Shown here: piece after piece, positions 28,065 through 36,535 of the stretch | Layout: each line of letters opens with the position of its first letter | How positions within the stretch are numbered: position 1 is the first letter of the stretch | IMG/VR virus record: IMGVR_UViG_3300003690_000090 | Coordinates: 8,989-72,988 of that record | Strand: one strand, 5' to 3' | Length of the DNA: 64,000 nucleotides | Origin: a virus | The notes under the pieces: model-generated | What the model saw: only the letters and a program-made list of their open reading frames with translations | Told to the model about the DNA's origin: nothing | The model's database searches: none | Position numbers and translations under genes: made by a program

Positions 28065-28297
28065 GACGTCACCTCCGCAACGATGTCTTGTGCTTCCCAC
28101 GCTGCGTCGTCGAACCCTCGTCCGCCAAGCGGGTCGTCTTCGTGGTCCGTGACGAACTCGTCGGAGTCCGAGTGGTCCTGTCCGTTGTTCAGCCAGTCCT
28201 CTGCCTTCGCCTTGGCCTCCTCCGGGGAGGAAGCCAAGACGGTGACGTCTGCGAACTCAATCTTGGTTCTTACCAGTGGAACTGTGTACTCCCTCAT
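28061..28297 (-). CDS. Small acidic protein
   Basis: V.ASSPEEA..KA motif; ends EVTS. Confidence 0.6.
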   Translation of the reverse strand: MREYTVPLVRTKIEFADVTVLASSPEEAKAKAEDWLNNGQDHSDSDEFVTDHEDDPLGGRGFDDAAWEAQDIVAEVTS

Positions 28298-29157
28298 GAC
28301 GTCACCTCCGACCACTCGCCGTTGTCGGTCTCTTCATGCGCGGCGTCCTCGGATTCCCAGCACCAACTCATGCCGCCGACGGACCACACGGGCTCGTCGA
28401 TGCCTTCGATGGTTTGGGGAAACCAGACCTCGGGCTCGTCCAAGGTCTCGCCATTCACGCACGGGACATGCACGTTGCCTTCATGCCAGTCCATCTCGTT
28501 GTCGTAGCCAGCGTTGCACTGGGTCATCACCGCTTCCATCTGCGCCTTGGTGAAGTAGGGCACGCGCCATCCGTTACACGTCTGGCCAAGGCAGTAGCCT
28601 TCGACGGTATAGTCGAAGAACTCCATGTAGAAGTGCTTGATGGTTGCCTTGTACTTCGGGGTGCTTGGCAGCCTGCCCATGTGGATGTCGACTTGCTCTG
28701 GCGTCCACAGTGGTTGGCGCACGCGGATGGTGATGCCAACCTCATGGTCGGCGTTCTCTCCTGCCTCGTTCAACACCTCCACGTCACAGCGCGAGAGGTA
28801 CACATGCAACTCCTCTGGCACAACGCCATTGGTGGTGCGGAACTGTGCCGGCGGGTTGTCGTCGTGCATCCGATTAAGCATTGCGAAGAACTCGCAGAGT
28901 TCGACATGCTCGTCTGCCTCGTCGGGTTGACGATCTGAACCCCAGGGACGAGTCCGGTCAGGGTCAGCGGGGCGAGAGGTGATGCCGTAGTCACCAGACC
29001 GTTGGAGTGCGGCGCTGACGATAGAGGCAAGCACGCCTTCTCGGCTGATGGACCGGCACATTTCTCTGCCGTCACAGTAGCCAGTCCAAATCAGTTCGGG
29101 CGGTCGCTGGTCAGTGCTTCCAGTAGCAAGGTGGTTGGTGAGTTCGTTGATGTCCAT
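28294..29157 (-). CDS. Early-type protein, 287 aa
   Basis: GAGGA RBS; C-terminal NGW.VPYFT motif; ends EVTS. Confidence 0.65.
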   Translation of the reverse strand: MDINELTNHLATGSTDQRPPELIWTGYCDGREMCRSISREGVLASIVSAALQRSGDYGITSRPADPDRTRPWGSDRQPDEADEHVELCEFFAMLNRMHDDNPPAQFRTTNGVVPEELHVYLSRCDVEVLNEAGENADHEVGITIRVRQPLWTPEQVDIHMGRLPSTPKYKATIKHFYMEFFDYTVEGYCLGQTCNGWRVPYFTKAQMEAVMTQCNAGYDNEMDWHEGNVHVPCVNGETLDEPEVWFPQTIEGIDEPVWSVGGMSWCWESEDAAHEETDNGEWSEVTS

Positions 29158-29235
29158 GGTGTCCTCATGTTGTGTGTGGTGTCGGCGGGGGAAGCCCTCC
29201 CCCAAGGGATAAGTATCACGGTAGGCAACGGCGGG

Positions 29236-29475
29236 CTACCTCCACGACCCGGGGCATGCCTGCTTGGCGGCGAGCACGGAGGCATAGGAATGCTCGACGC
29301 AGTTGTCGCGCCACACCTCGGCGACCGGCACGATGCGCCCGCTGGTCAGTACGGTGTACCCGGGTAGGGGACACACGCTTTGGTCGGTCACCTCGTCCCA
29401 CTCGGGGGAGGTCTCGTAGCACATGGCGCCCCCGACGAGGACGGCAACAGCGTAGGGGAATCTATCGGTAGTCAT
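29236..29475 (-). CDS. Small early-type protein, 79 aa
   Basis: GAGGA RBS after a promoter. Confidence 0.55.
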   Translation of the reverse strand: MTTDRFPYAVAVLVGGAMCYETSPEWDEVTDQSVCPLPGYTVLTSGRIVPVAEVWRDNCVEHSYASVLAAKQACPGSWR

Positions 29476-29506
29476 GATTGTCCTCGTTGTGTGTGGTGTC
29501 ACAGGT

Positions 29507-29534
29507 AACGTAACCCGCCATGACAACGGCGCAA
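29507..29534 (-). promoter_or_regulatory. Early-type promoter
   Basis: TTGCGC-cgttgtcatggcgggt(16)-TACGTT. Confidence 0.6.
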
Positions 29535-29544
29535 CACAGCGGGG

Positions 29545-29710
29545 CAGCGCTACCCGGTCCGCCGCCCCCTGGGCAGAGCTACATGGACCGCCGCCCGCAA
29601 GGCAAGCGCTACCCGGCCTGCCACCAGCCGGAGCTCCTGTTGGAGCCGCGCATGAGCTGGGCAAGCGCTACCCGGACCGCTCCCAACTGGGCGAGTACTA
29701 CCCGGACCGC
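29545..29710 (+). repeat. GCTACCYGG motif cluster 3 (5 copies, ~30-bp periodicity)
   Basis: Copies near 29545, 29575, 29604, 29663, 29693. Confidence 0.85.
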
Positions 29711-29789
29711 TGCCCACCGTTGTTACTATCATCCGCCTGGTCAACTCGAACCCGGGCAGTTCCGATCTCGCCGGCCTGGGCTCGAGACG

Positions 29790-29826
29790 CAAAGAAGCCC
29801 AGCCGACCTAGTGGCCGACTGGGCTC
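29790..29826 (-). terminator. Intrinsic terminator
   Basis: AGCCCAG...CTGGGCT stem with a U-rich tail on the - strand. Confidence 0.5.
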
Positions 29827-29856
29827 GGGTGCCGGGCTAAGCCCGGGGACACCACC

Positions 29857-30165
29857 CTATGGCTCTGGCATGTTGTGCTCATCGCCGAAGAAGTAGCCCT
29901 GATCTGGCGCGTTCAGCGAGACCTGGTATTCGGTCGGCTTGCCTGCTTTCTCCCAACACGCGACATGGTAGCAGCACACCTCCATCACGTTGGATACCTC
30001 CGCGCCATCCACGCGCCCATACCCGTCGTACTCGCCTTGGCGGATCGTGCCGTCCTTCTCGATCACGACCACCTGGCGCATCCAATTGTTGATCGGGCTT
30101 GTCGCCCATTCACTCAGCATGGGGTGCTGGCATGCGTTGCAGTTAGCGCTGAAAAATCCCATCAT
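29857..30165 (-). CDS. Small Cys/His protein, 102 aa
   Basis: MMGFFSANCNAC...GEYDGYG...YHVAC...DQGYF. Confidence 0.65.
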   Translation of the reverse strand: MMGFFSANCNACQHPMLSEWATSPINNWMRQVVVIEKDGTIRQGEYDGYGRVDGAEVSNVMEVCCYHVACWEKAGKPTEYQVSLNAPDQGYFFGDEHNMPEP

Positions 30166-30338
30166 GCACCCCCTTCGGTCTTGTGGGGCGTTGTCTTGGG
30201 TGCCTTGTACCAAAACCGTTCTTCCTTGCACCACGACAGCCCGGTGTAGATAATGATCTGCCCCTCGTTGTCCGTGTCTATCGTTGCAAGGGGCAGCAAT
30301 TGTGCGAGTGCTTGTACCAATTGATCCATAGTCATCAT
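30162..30338 (-). CDS. Small protein, 58 aa
   Basis: DNEGQIIIYTGL motif; ATGA overlaps. Confidence 0.55.
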   Translation of the reverse strand: MMTMDQLVQALAQLLPLATIDTDNEGQIIIYTGLSWCKEERFWYKAPKTTPHKTEGGA

Positions 30339-31084
30339 GCACCCCCTTCTGCCTTGCGCCACCCGGTGTACCGGTTGACCTTCGGACCGTGCGCGACGAT
30401 GGCCACCGACGGGCGACGGGCACCCCTCGAGGTACCATCGCACTGCCTGCAGGATGCGCAGTCCAGCACCTTGCCTGCTTCCTCTGCAGCCGGGCACACC
30501 CGTTCCCACGGTTGCAAGGCTTCGGTTGCAAGGCGCGTTCTAAACGTCCGCCATCCCAGCGAATGAGCGATCGTCGCTTCGGCGGGTGTGTCGACCGACG
30601 CCATGACAAGATCCGCCCATTCGGACGCGTCCAGATCTGGCCACCTATGATCGTATCCGGTCCACCCCTTGGCATCCTGCAGCATCGCACGCCATGTGGG
30701 AGAGGGTACGACCGACGGGTTTCCATAGGTACCCATCCGAACCATGCGACCGTCAAGGTGCGCGGGCAATTCCGAGACGTCCGGGCGGATCACGTTGCCC
30801 CGGTGGTACGCTTGCCAGACTGCAAGCGGACCCCGGAAGGCGAGCACGTAGCACGCGCCAGACCCGCCCGATGCGACCGAACGGTGTCCGCAGTCCCCGC
30901 AGACTGCGACGTCATCCCCGGACCGGATAGCGTCATGTGGTGCGATATCCCTGTGCATAAGGTAGGTCTGGACCAGATCGCCCGTCTTGGCATTGGCGGA
31001 CTGGTAGTCAAGGTCCTGCGTGATCCCGATAATCGGTGATCCGTCTATGGGCGATGGCCCCTCATAGAATACGATGCGTCGCAT
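30335..31084 (-). CDS. Cys-rich putative Fe-S protein (gp88/radical-SAM-like phage family), 249 aa
   Basis: N.KTG, CGDC, CYV, R.G.YG.P, GY.H.W, MAS.D, GWRTF, CPA...CASCRQC, ..AHG. Confidence 0.6.
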   Translation of the reverse strand: MRRIVFYEGPSPIDGSPIIGITQDLDYQSANAKTGDLVQTYLMHRDIAPHDAIRSGDDVAVCGDCGHRSVASGGSGACYVLAFRGPLAVWQAYHRGNVIRPDVSELPAHLDGRMVRMGTYGNPSVVPSPTWRAMLQDAKGWTGYDHRWPDLDASEWADLVMASVDTPAEATIAHSLGWRTFRTRLATEALQPWERVCPAAEEAGKVLDCASCRQCDGTSRGARRPSVAIVAHGPKVNRYTGWRKAEGGA

Positions 31085-31132
31085 GTGGTGTGTCCGTTGT
31101 TTGTGGTGTCCGACGGGTAGCCCGTCCCATGT

Positions 31133-31160
31133 AATGTAACCCGCCCTGATAACGGGGCAA
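31133..31160 (-). promoter_or_regulatory. Early-type promoter with CGTTATCAG element
   Basis: TTGCCC-cgttatcagggcgggt(16)-TACATT. Confidence 0.6.
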
Positions 31161-31167
31161 CCCGTCG

Positions 31168-31337
31168 CAAGCGCTACCCGGACCGCCGCCCACATGCCGG
31201 GAGGCCTGGCACAATGCAAGCGCTACCCGGACCGCCGCCCACATGCCGAGGCGCAAGCGCTACCCGGACCGCTATGAGCTGGCACAATGCAAGCGCTACC
31301 CGGCCCGCTGCTGGCAAGCAAGCGCTACCCGGTCCGC
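31168..31337 (+). repeat. GCTACCYGG motif cluster 4 (5 copies of CAAGCGCTACCCGGnCCG)
   Basis: Copies at 31168, 31217, 31254, 31290, 31319, between divergent promoters. Confidence 0.9.
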
Positions 31338-31397
31338 TGCCCGCTGGGCACGACCTTGTGGAGCCGGAGACCTGGTCTCGCATGCGTGTCTCGATGG

Positions 31398-31425
31398 GTG
31401 CCCCGTTATCAGAACAGGTTACATT
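31398..31425 (+). promoter_or_regulatory. Early-type promoter with CGTTATCAG element
   Basis: GTGCCC-cgttatcagaacaggt(16)-TACATT. Confidence 0.55.
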
Positions 31426-31454
31426 ATCCATGGACACAAACCACGGAGGTCCAC

Positions 31455-31778
31455 ATGAAACCCCCCACCTTTGAAACCCACAACGACACCAAGGTCGACA
31501 TCAATGGCACGCACCTGCAGGGGCACATCGACACCACGTTCGGTGCCCTCGTTTGCACGTTCGGAGAACCGACAGTCGGTGACGAATACAAGATCGACTG
31601 GGAATGGGAGATTGAGTTTGCAGATGGCACCGTTGCCACTGTCTACAACTGGAAGAATGGCCCCAACTATTGCAGGTCCGGAGGGAAACGCGCCAACCAG
31701 ATCACCGATTGGCACGTTGGCGGTCACAAGGGTGAAGCGTTGGCGCTGGTGCAGCAGGCGCTGGGAGGTCTGGCATGA
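31455..31778 (+). CDS. Small phage protein, 107 aa
   Basis: GGAGGT RBS; GTHLQG...FGEP...K..WEW...T.YNWK...WHVGG. Confidence 0.7.
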   Translation: MKPPTFETHNDTKVDINGTHLQGHIDTTFGALVCTFGEPTVGDEYKIDWEWEIEFADGTVATVYNWKNGPNYCRSGGKRANQITDWHVGGHKGEALALVQQALGGLA

Positions 31779-31999
31779 TCTATCGAGGTAGCCTCGCAGA
31801 AGGTCCAGCGCGTGAGTCCGACGGGTTCCCCAAGTGGATTGAATGGAAGGGGGTGCAGTACCAGACACCCCACTATGACGTCATCCATGAATGGGTCTAT
31901 GACAGCATTGTGGATGCCATCGACGGCACCCCCATCGAGCCCGATGGGATCACCTGTGAGGGTTGCCCCTCATGGCTGCTGGCATTGGGTCTGATCTAA
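31775..31999 (+). CDS. Small phage protein, 74 aa
   Basis: DG..IEPDG....G.PSWL..LGLI; GGAGG RBS. Confidence 0.65.
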   Translation: MIYRGSLAEGPARESDGFPKWIEWKGVQYQTPHYDVIHEWVYDSIVDAIDGTPIEPDGITCEGCPSWLLALGLI

Positions 32000-32036
32000 A
32001 CACGACACCGGGAGGTAGGGATGGAATAGCGCATCC

Positions 32037-32072
32037 GCCCCGTCATCCGCAAGGGTGGCGGGGTTTCCTATT
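32037..32072 (+). terminator. Probable intrinsic terminator
   Basis: GCCCCGTCATCC-GCAA-GGGTGGCGGGGT stem followed by TTCCTATT. Confidence 0.5.
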
Positions 32073-32087
32073 GGCCTGGTGCAAGCG

Positions 32088-32153
32088 CAAGCGCTACCCG
32101 GACCGCCCCCGCCTGGGCACGGGACCGTGGAGCCGTAAGCGCTACCCGGCCCG
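32088..32153 (+). repeat. GCTACCYGG motif cluster 5 (2 copies)
   Basis: Copies at 32088 and 32137, between convergent terminators. Confidence 0.85.
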
Positions 32154-32220
32154 CCACCGGTTGTGTCTACTATCATCACACCAGCTGGCAGCTCCGACCT
32201 GGTAGAGCTCAAGCCCAGCA

Positions 32221-32259
32221 CAAAGAGAAGCCCCGCCGAGCTTGGAGCCGGGCGGGGCG
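32221..32259 (-). terminator. Intrinsic terminator
   Basis: GCCCCGCC/GGCGGGGC stem with a TTCTCTTTG tail on the - strand. Confidence 0.55.
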
Positions 32260-32478
32260 GTTGGCCTGGTCGAACGTTAGGCCGGTGAGATCAGTCGTCG
32301 GGTGGCCTGGGCAGAATTGCCATGGCGCAGAAGAAGAGAACGACAAGGGCAGTGCATGCCAAGGTGGTCATGAGGAAGTCGAACATGTGGGGCCTGGTCT
32401 TGTGGTGAGTGAGTTGTTTTGATTTGGTTTGGGGGTGCGGGACGGGAGGAACCACCCTCCCGCCCCGGGTTGTACAAC

Positions 32479-33105
32479 CTACCCAAGCATTTCCTCTGCG
32501 CCGATGGACTTGCCGCCCATGACCAGACTGTCAAAGTTGGAACCATCCAGGCGCAGACCGTAGTTCCTCCAGTACCGTTGGCGCAGGTCAAAGGTGTGCT
32601 TGACCCACGGCTTGATGCCGGTGGTGATCTTGGTGCGCACGGTTTCGGCACGCTTGACTTCGGTTCCCTCTGCTGCTGCGCCCTTCCACATTTCCAGACC
32701 GACCACAAGAACCTCGTCCTCATTCTTGGGGTTGCGCATCAGGCGACCGTCAACCACGGTGACCAATTCAGTCTTGCGGTCATGCTCACCGGCAAGGGAC
32801 TTGCTTGCGCTTGCGATCAATTCATCAATCGCAACGGCGATATCAGCAGCAGTGGGAACCATGCGGATAGGGTCCGCGCCCTTCTGGCGAACCAGCGGGT
32901 TGACCATGTCAGGGTGTGCAGCCAGTGCCACGGGGTCAAGGGACCGGAGGGTTTCCAAATCCTTTCGGATGACGTTCTTGTACGACACGCCGATCTGCAA
33001 TTTGCGATGCCGGCTTTCGCCTTCTTTCGTGACATGTCCACGGATGAAGGCGATCTGTCCGCCTCCGGTTTCGGCAATCATGGTTTCGATGGTGGGGGTG
33101 GCCAT
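32479..33105 (-). CDS. Hypothetical protein, 208 aa
   Basis: GGAGG RBS; MATPTIETMIAET... Confidence 0.65.
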   Translation of the reverse strand: MATPTIETMIAETGGGQIAFIRGHVTKEGESRHRKLQIGVSYKNVIRKDLETLRSLDPVALAAHPDMVNPLVRQKGADPIRMVPTAADIAVAIDELIASASKSLAGEHDRKTELVTVVDGRLMRNPKNEDEVLVVGLEMWKGAAAEGTEVKRAETVRTKITTGIKPWVKHTFDLRQRYWRNYGLRLDGSNFDSLVMGGKSIGAEEMLG

Positions 33106-33154
33106 GGTTGGCCTCCATTGGTTTGGGTTGTCACCGGAGGGTTCCGGTACAAAC

Positions 33155-33182
33155 AACCTATCGTCATGGGTGATAACGTCAA
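33155..33182 (-). promoter_or_regulatory. Early-type promoter
   Basis: TTGACG-ttatcacccatgacga(16)-TAGGTT; contains CGTTATCA. Confidence 0.5.
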
Positions 33183-33240
33183 GGGCACAGCCCGACCCCT
33201 GGCCCCCATGCCCCATGCCGGCATGCCCCCACACCCCCGC

Positions 33241-33371
33241 GTTACCTGGCATACACCCACCAAGTGCTACTCGGACCGCCACCAATTGACCAAGAGCTAC
33301 CCGGACCGCCATCAATTGAGACCAACCAAGCGCTACCCGGACCGCCATCAATTGACGGAGTGCTACCTGGC
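33241..33371 (+). repeat. GCTACCYGG motif cluster 6 (5 copies in ~30-36-bp units with CAATTGA)
   Basis: CAAGnGCTACyCGGACCGCCAyCAATTGA repeated three times, plus flanking copies. Confidence 0.9.
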
Positions 33372-33425
33372 GTTCAGCCGTTCCAGCTCATGTGGTGTGG
33401 TGGGAAGCAGCTGGGTTGTGGAGCA

Positions 33426-33453
33426 ATGCACCGTTATCAGAACGGGTTACATT
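33426..33453 (+). promoter_or_regulatory. Early-type promoter with CGTTATCAG element
   Basis: ATGCAC-cgttatcagaacgggt(16)-TACATT, then a GACAACAAACACGAGG leader. Confidence 0.55.
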
Positions 33454-33481
33454 ATGTATAGACAACAAACACGAGGTGAAC

Positions 33482-33730
33482 ATGGGAAAGCAAGTAGTAG
33501 TATTCGAACTTCCTGACTGCGATATCTGCGCTGATGGAACCAAAGCAAAGTACGACGCGAAGACTCGAAGGGGTCCGTGGGGCAACCTGTGCGAGCCGTG
33601 CTGGAAGCGACACACCTATCGCCACCTTGGCACGGGGTTCGGTCAGGAACTGGTTCTGAAGGTCACGGACGGATCAGACCACCTGCGCAATGTCCGGGCT
33701 GTTCTGGACATGTTGGGGGACAAGTCATGA
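33482..33730 (+). CDS. Small Zn-finger protein, 82 aa
   Basis: CDIC...YDAKT..GPW..LC..C...LG.G.GQ; GAGGTG RBS. Confidence 0.7.
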   Translation: MGKQVVVFELPDCDICADGTKAKYDAKTRRGPWGNLCEPCWKRHTYRHLGTGFGQELVLKVTDGSDHLRNVRAVLDMLGDKS

Positions 33731-33918
33731 TCGACTACCACGCCACGGTGAGCAAGTGTGACGTTTGTGGGTTGCACGACTACGACGAGGACATCGTTGT
33801 GGTCACCGACGAGGAGGACGGGGAGGACGTCACCCTGTGCGCCGATTGCGCGAGGGACTGGGATGGTTGCGAGACCGGTAGTGGGGGGGACGAAACCGCC
33901 CACTACCGAGGCTACTAG
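33727..33918 (+). CDS. Small Zn-finger protein, 63 aa
   Basis: CDVC...LCADC; ATGA overlap. Confidence 0.55.
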   Translation: MIDYHATVSKCDVCGLHDYDEDIVVVTDEEDGEDVTLCADCARDWDGCETGSGGDETAHYRGY

Positions 33919-34057
33919 TCAACCGGGCTGGCATCCCAAACTGCCTCCTTCTTCTTCTCTTTGCCTCCACAGGTAGCCTCCACGGTAGCCTCCACGGTTG
34001 GCACTATCATCAAGGTGTGGCTACGTAGTTATCATGACAACCAACACCGAGGGATAC

Positions 34058-35323
34058 ATGGAAGAGGACGTGAGATACACCACGCTTGATCTGTTTGCGG
34101 GTGCAGGGGGAGCATCATTGGGACTACGAGACGCAGGGTTTCATCATGCGTTGTGTGTAGAGTGGGATGAGGATGCAACGGAGACGTTGTTGGCAGCAGA
34201 CTTTCCAGCAGCGAATGCAGACGTCAGGGAGTTGGATGTCTACAAGACAATCGAGAGAGTCGATCTGTTGTGGGCATCGCCACCATGCCAGGCGTTCTCA
34301 ACTGCTGGGCAGAGGAGGGGTGCGGAGGATGACAGGAACGGATGGCCGTGGACTCTTGAGGTGATTGACCACTTGATGGAGCGTGGTGTTGGTCCGAGGT
34401 ACGTCGTCTGTGAGAATGTACAGGGACTGACGTACCACCAGGCGGAGTGTGTTGGGGGGAACAGTGGTTGTGCTGGTTGCTATTGGGAAGGGTGGATCAT
34501 TCCAGAGTTCAAGAAGCGCTTTGCGTGGGTAGGTCATACGACGTTGGATGCTGCAGGCTTTGGAGTACCACAGCATAGGAAGCGTGTGTTCTTGGTGGCG
34601 GGTGATGGACCGATACGGTGGCCAGTACCAACGCATGGACCACCGAATGCAGCGAAGCAGGGTGCATTGTTTGGTGGTGGTGTCAGGCCGTATGTCACGG
34701 TGCGTGATGCATTGAACATTGACGCATGGGCTACGGAGACGAACACGAGCTCGGGTATGGCTCGAGTAGCGAGGAGTGCAGATACTCCATCGTGTTCACC
34801 AGTAGCGGGAGGCAAGGCGCTGGGTGGATTGCTTGAGGTAGACACTAGGGTGATGGGTGTCTCATGCAATCCATTCAAGAAGGATGAGAACGGAGGTCCA
34901 CTCAAGGAAGACAGAACGTACAAGGACATCACGGATACACCAGCTGGGTGTGTGAGTTCTCGTGGTCCATTGGACAATCAAGGTCCATTCGTAGTGAGCG
35001 ATGGTGCTTCAGTACCAGGTCCAGGCAGTGAGCCATGGAGACTGGATGAACCATCAGCAACTGTGACTACTACAGAGGAGAAGGGTACGAGGGGGAAGCA
35101 TATGAGTGGTGGACCAGACAGAGCTGCTGACACTATGTGGCGTGGTGCTGGTGTGAGACGATTGACATGGCAGGAGTGTGCAGCGTTGCAGTCGTTTCCA
35201 GTGGAACATCCATTTCAGGGGAAGACGAAGAAGAGTCTGTATCGCCAGGTAGGGAATGCAGTACCACCACCGTTGTCTCGTGTCTTAGGTCAGGCCGTGA
35301 AGGAGGCATTGGATGCAGGCTGA
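34058..35323 (+). CDS. DNA cytosine-5 methyltransferase
   Basis: DLFAGAGG, SPPCQ.FS, ENV, GVPQ.R.R, RRLT..E...LQSFP, Q.GNAVPP motifs. Confidence 0.95.
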   Translation: MEEDVRYTTLDLFAGAGGASLGLRDAGFHHALCVEWDEDATETLLAADFPAANADVRELDVYKTIERVDLLWASPPCQAFSTAGQRRGAEDDRNGWPWTLEVIDHLMERGVGPRYVVCENVQGLTYHQAECVGGNSGCAGCYWEGWIIPEFKKRFAWVGHTTLDAAGFGVPQHRKRVFLVAGDGPIRWPVPTHGPPNAAKQGALFGGGVRPYVTVRDALNIDAWATETNTSSGMARVARSADTPSCSPVAGGKALGGLLEVDTRVMGVSCNPFKKDENGGPLKEDRTYKDITDTPAGCVSSRGPLDNQGPFVVSDGASVPGPGSEPWRLDEPSATVTTTEEKGTRGKHMSGGPDRAADTMWRGAGVRRLTWQECAALQSFPVEHPFQGKTKKSLYRQVGNAVPPPLSRVLGQAVKEALDAG

Positions 35324-35603
35324 TGTAGTGGATGTAGAGGATGGAGAGTTCTTTCCATTGAGTGAGGCGGAGTTGGGAATAGACATCGTCTGGTTCATCG
35401 ATGGATTGATTGATGCAGTGACGAGCGGGTTGGAGAGCACATCGAAAGGATTGTTAGTGGGTGAGCCATTGTGTGAGGAGGTACCAGCGACAGGGGTTCT
35501 ATCTGTGTACGTACCGGTGTCGTACTGTTGGATGGAACCAATGTGTGTTCGTATAGCGCAGGTAGGTGCTGGGTACTGGCAGTGGGGTGGTGAGGGAGAC
35601 TGA
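35313..35603 (+). CDS. Hypothetical protein, 96 aa
   Basis: AGGAGG RBS; overlaps the MTase end. Confidence 0.5.
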   Translation: MQADVVDVEDGEFFPLSEAELGIDIVWFIDGLIDAVTSGLESTSKGLLVGEPLCEEVPATGVLSVYVPVSYCWMEPMCVRIAQVGAGYWQWGGEGD

Positions 35604-36535
35604 TGCTTGGGTATGAGATTGTATTGAGCCAGTTCTTTCCATCTGACGGAGTGTTGGGTGTAGACGAACGACACATGGACATCTCTGGTGTAGAGCCGGA
35701 GGTGATGGACCGTATTGGTGCGATGGTTGGTGGTGGACCAGTCGAGCTGACGGAGATTGTTCGAGCTCGTGGGAAGGCAGGACATCACTTGCTACCAGGC
35801 GATGTGGTGTGTCGGTATGCTGGTATAGGTGAGCAGCGTTGTGATGTGATTCGGTTGTTACGGGATGTTGTGTATGCGGACGGTGGTGGAGTCTCCAGTG
35901 AGCAGCAGCGAGCGATAGAGGAGCTGCGTCAGCGCTGTGTAGAGGAGCATCGTTGGGGGGTGGTACGTCGTGATGAGTTGATGGTGATCATGGATGCGTT
36001 TGGTAGGGGGGTGGTGTTCAGTAGTTACGGTGCATTTCGGTGGTGGAGAAAGCCGATGGAGATGTTGTCTAGCAGGCAGCGTCATACTGATCCAACGCCG
36101 GAGAGGGTAGCTGCTGCTTGGTGTGCGATACGTGCAGTGCATGGTCATTTGCACGAGGTGTATGGGGGTGGTGGTTCTGTGGGTATGGGTGCTTTCACAA
36201 GGACTGAGCGTATAGCCAGGCTGGTGTACAACTTGCGGATGCGGTTGGGGTGTGTGGCTGGTGATGGGGAGGTAGTGAAGATGCACTACTTCTGGGGTTT
36301 GAAGCATGCTCCGTGGTGGGACCGAGTGTTTGATCGTCATGCTGCTGGGTTGTTTCTACCGAAGCCATTGCTTCACGTATGTGGTCAACGGTCGACGAAG
36401 TGGGTGAAGTCGAGCGTGGTGGACATGGACTTGGTTTATCGATTTGCTGGTTGGCCGGAGTGGGTTGGCCAGGGTCCATTGAAGTTCACGAGGGTAGACA
36501 AAGATGATGTTCGAGGTAGTTGGTACTGGAGATGA
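35603..36535 (+). CDS. Hypothetical protein, 310 aa
   Basis: TGATG-coupled start; long ORF. Confidence 0.6.
   Translation: MLGYEIVLSQFFPSDGVLGVDERHMDISGVEPEVMDRIGAMVGGGPVELTEIVRARGKAGHHLLPGDVVCRYAGIGEQRCDVIRLLRDVVYADGGGVSSEQQRAIEELRQRCVEEHRWGVVRRDELMVIMDAFGRGVVFSSYGAFRWWRKPMEMLSSRQRHTDPTPERVAAAWCAIRAVHGHLHEVYGGGGSVGMGAFTRTERIARLVYNLRMRLGCVAGDGEVVKMHYFWGLKHAPWWDRVFDRHAAGLFLPKPLLHVCGQRSTKWVKSSVVDMDLVYRFAGWPEWVGQGPLKFTRVDKDDVRGSWYWR

Noticed and set aside
31168-33371. GCTACCYGG clusters as a CRISPR or mini-CRISPR array
   Set aside because: Repeats are only ~14-18 bp, spacing is irregular, intervening sequences are short and partly duplicated, and no cas genes were seen
24900-33900. Integron cassette array or shufflon
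   Set aside because: No tyrosine or serine recombinase recognised, no attC-like long imperfect palindromes with RYYYAAC/GTTRRRY ends, and the repeats are not inverted around segments
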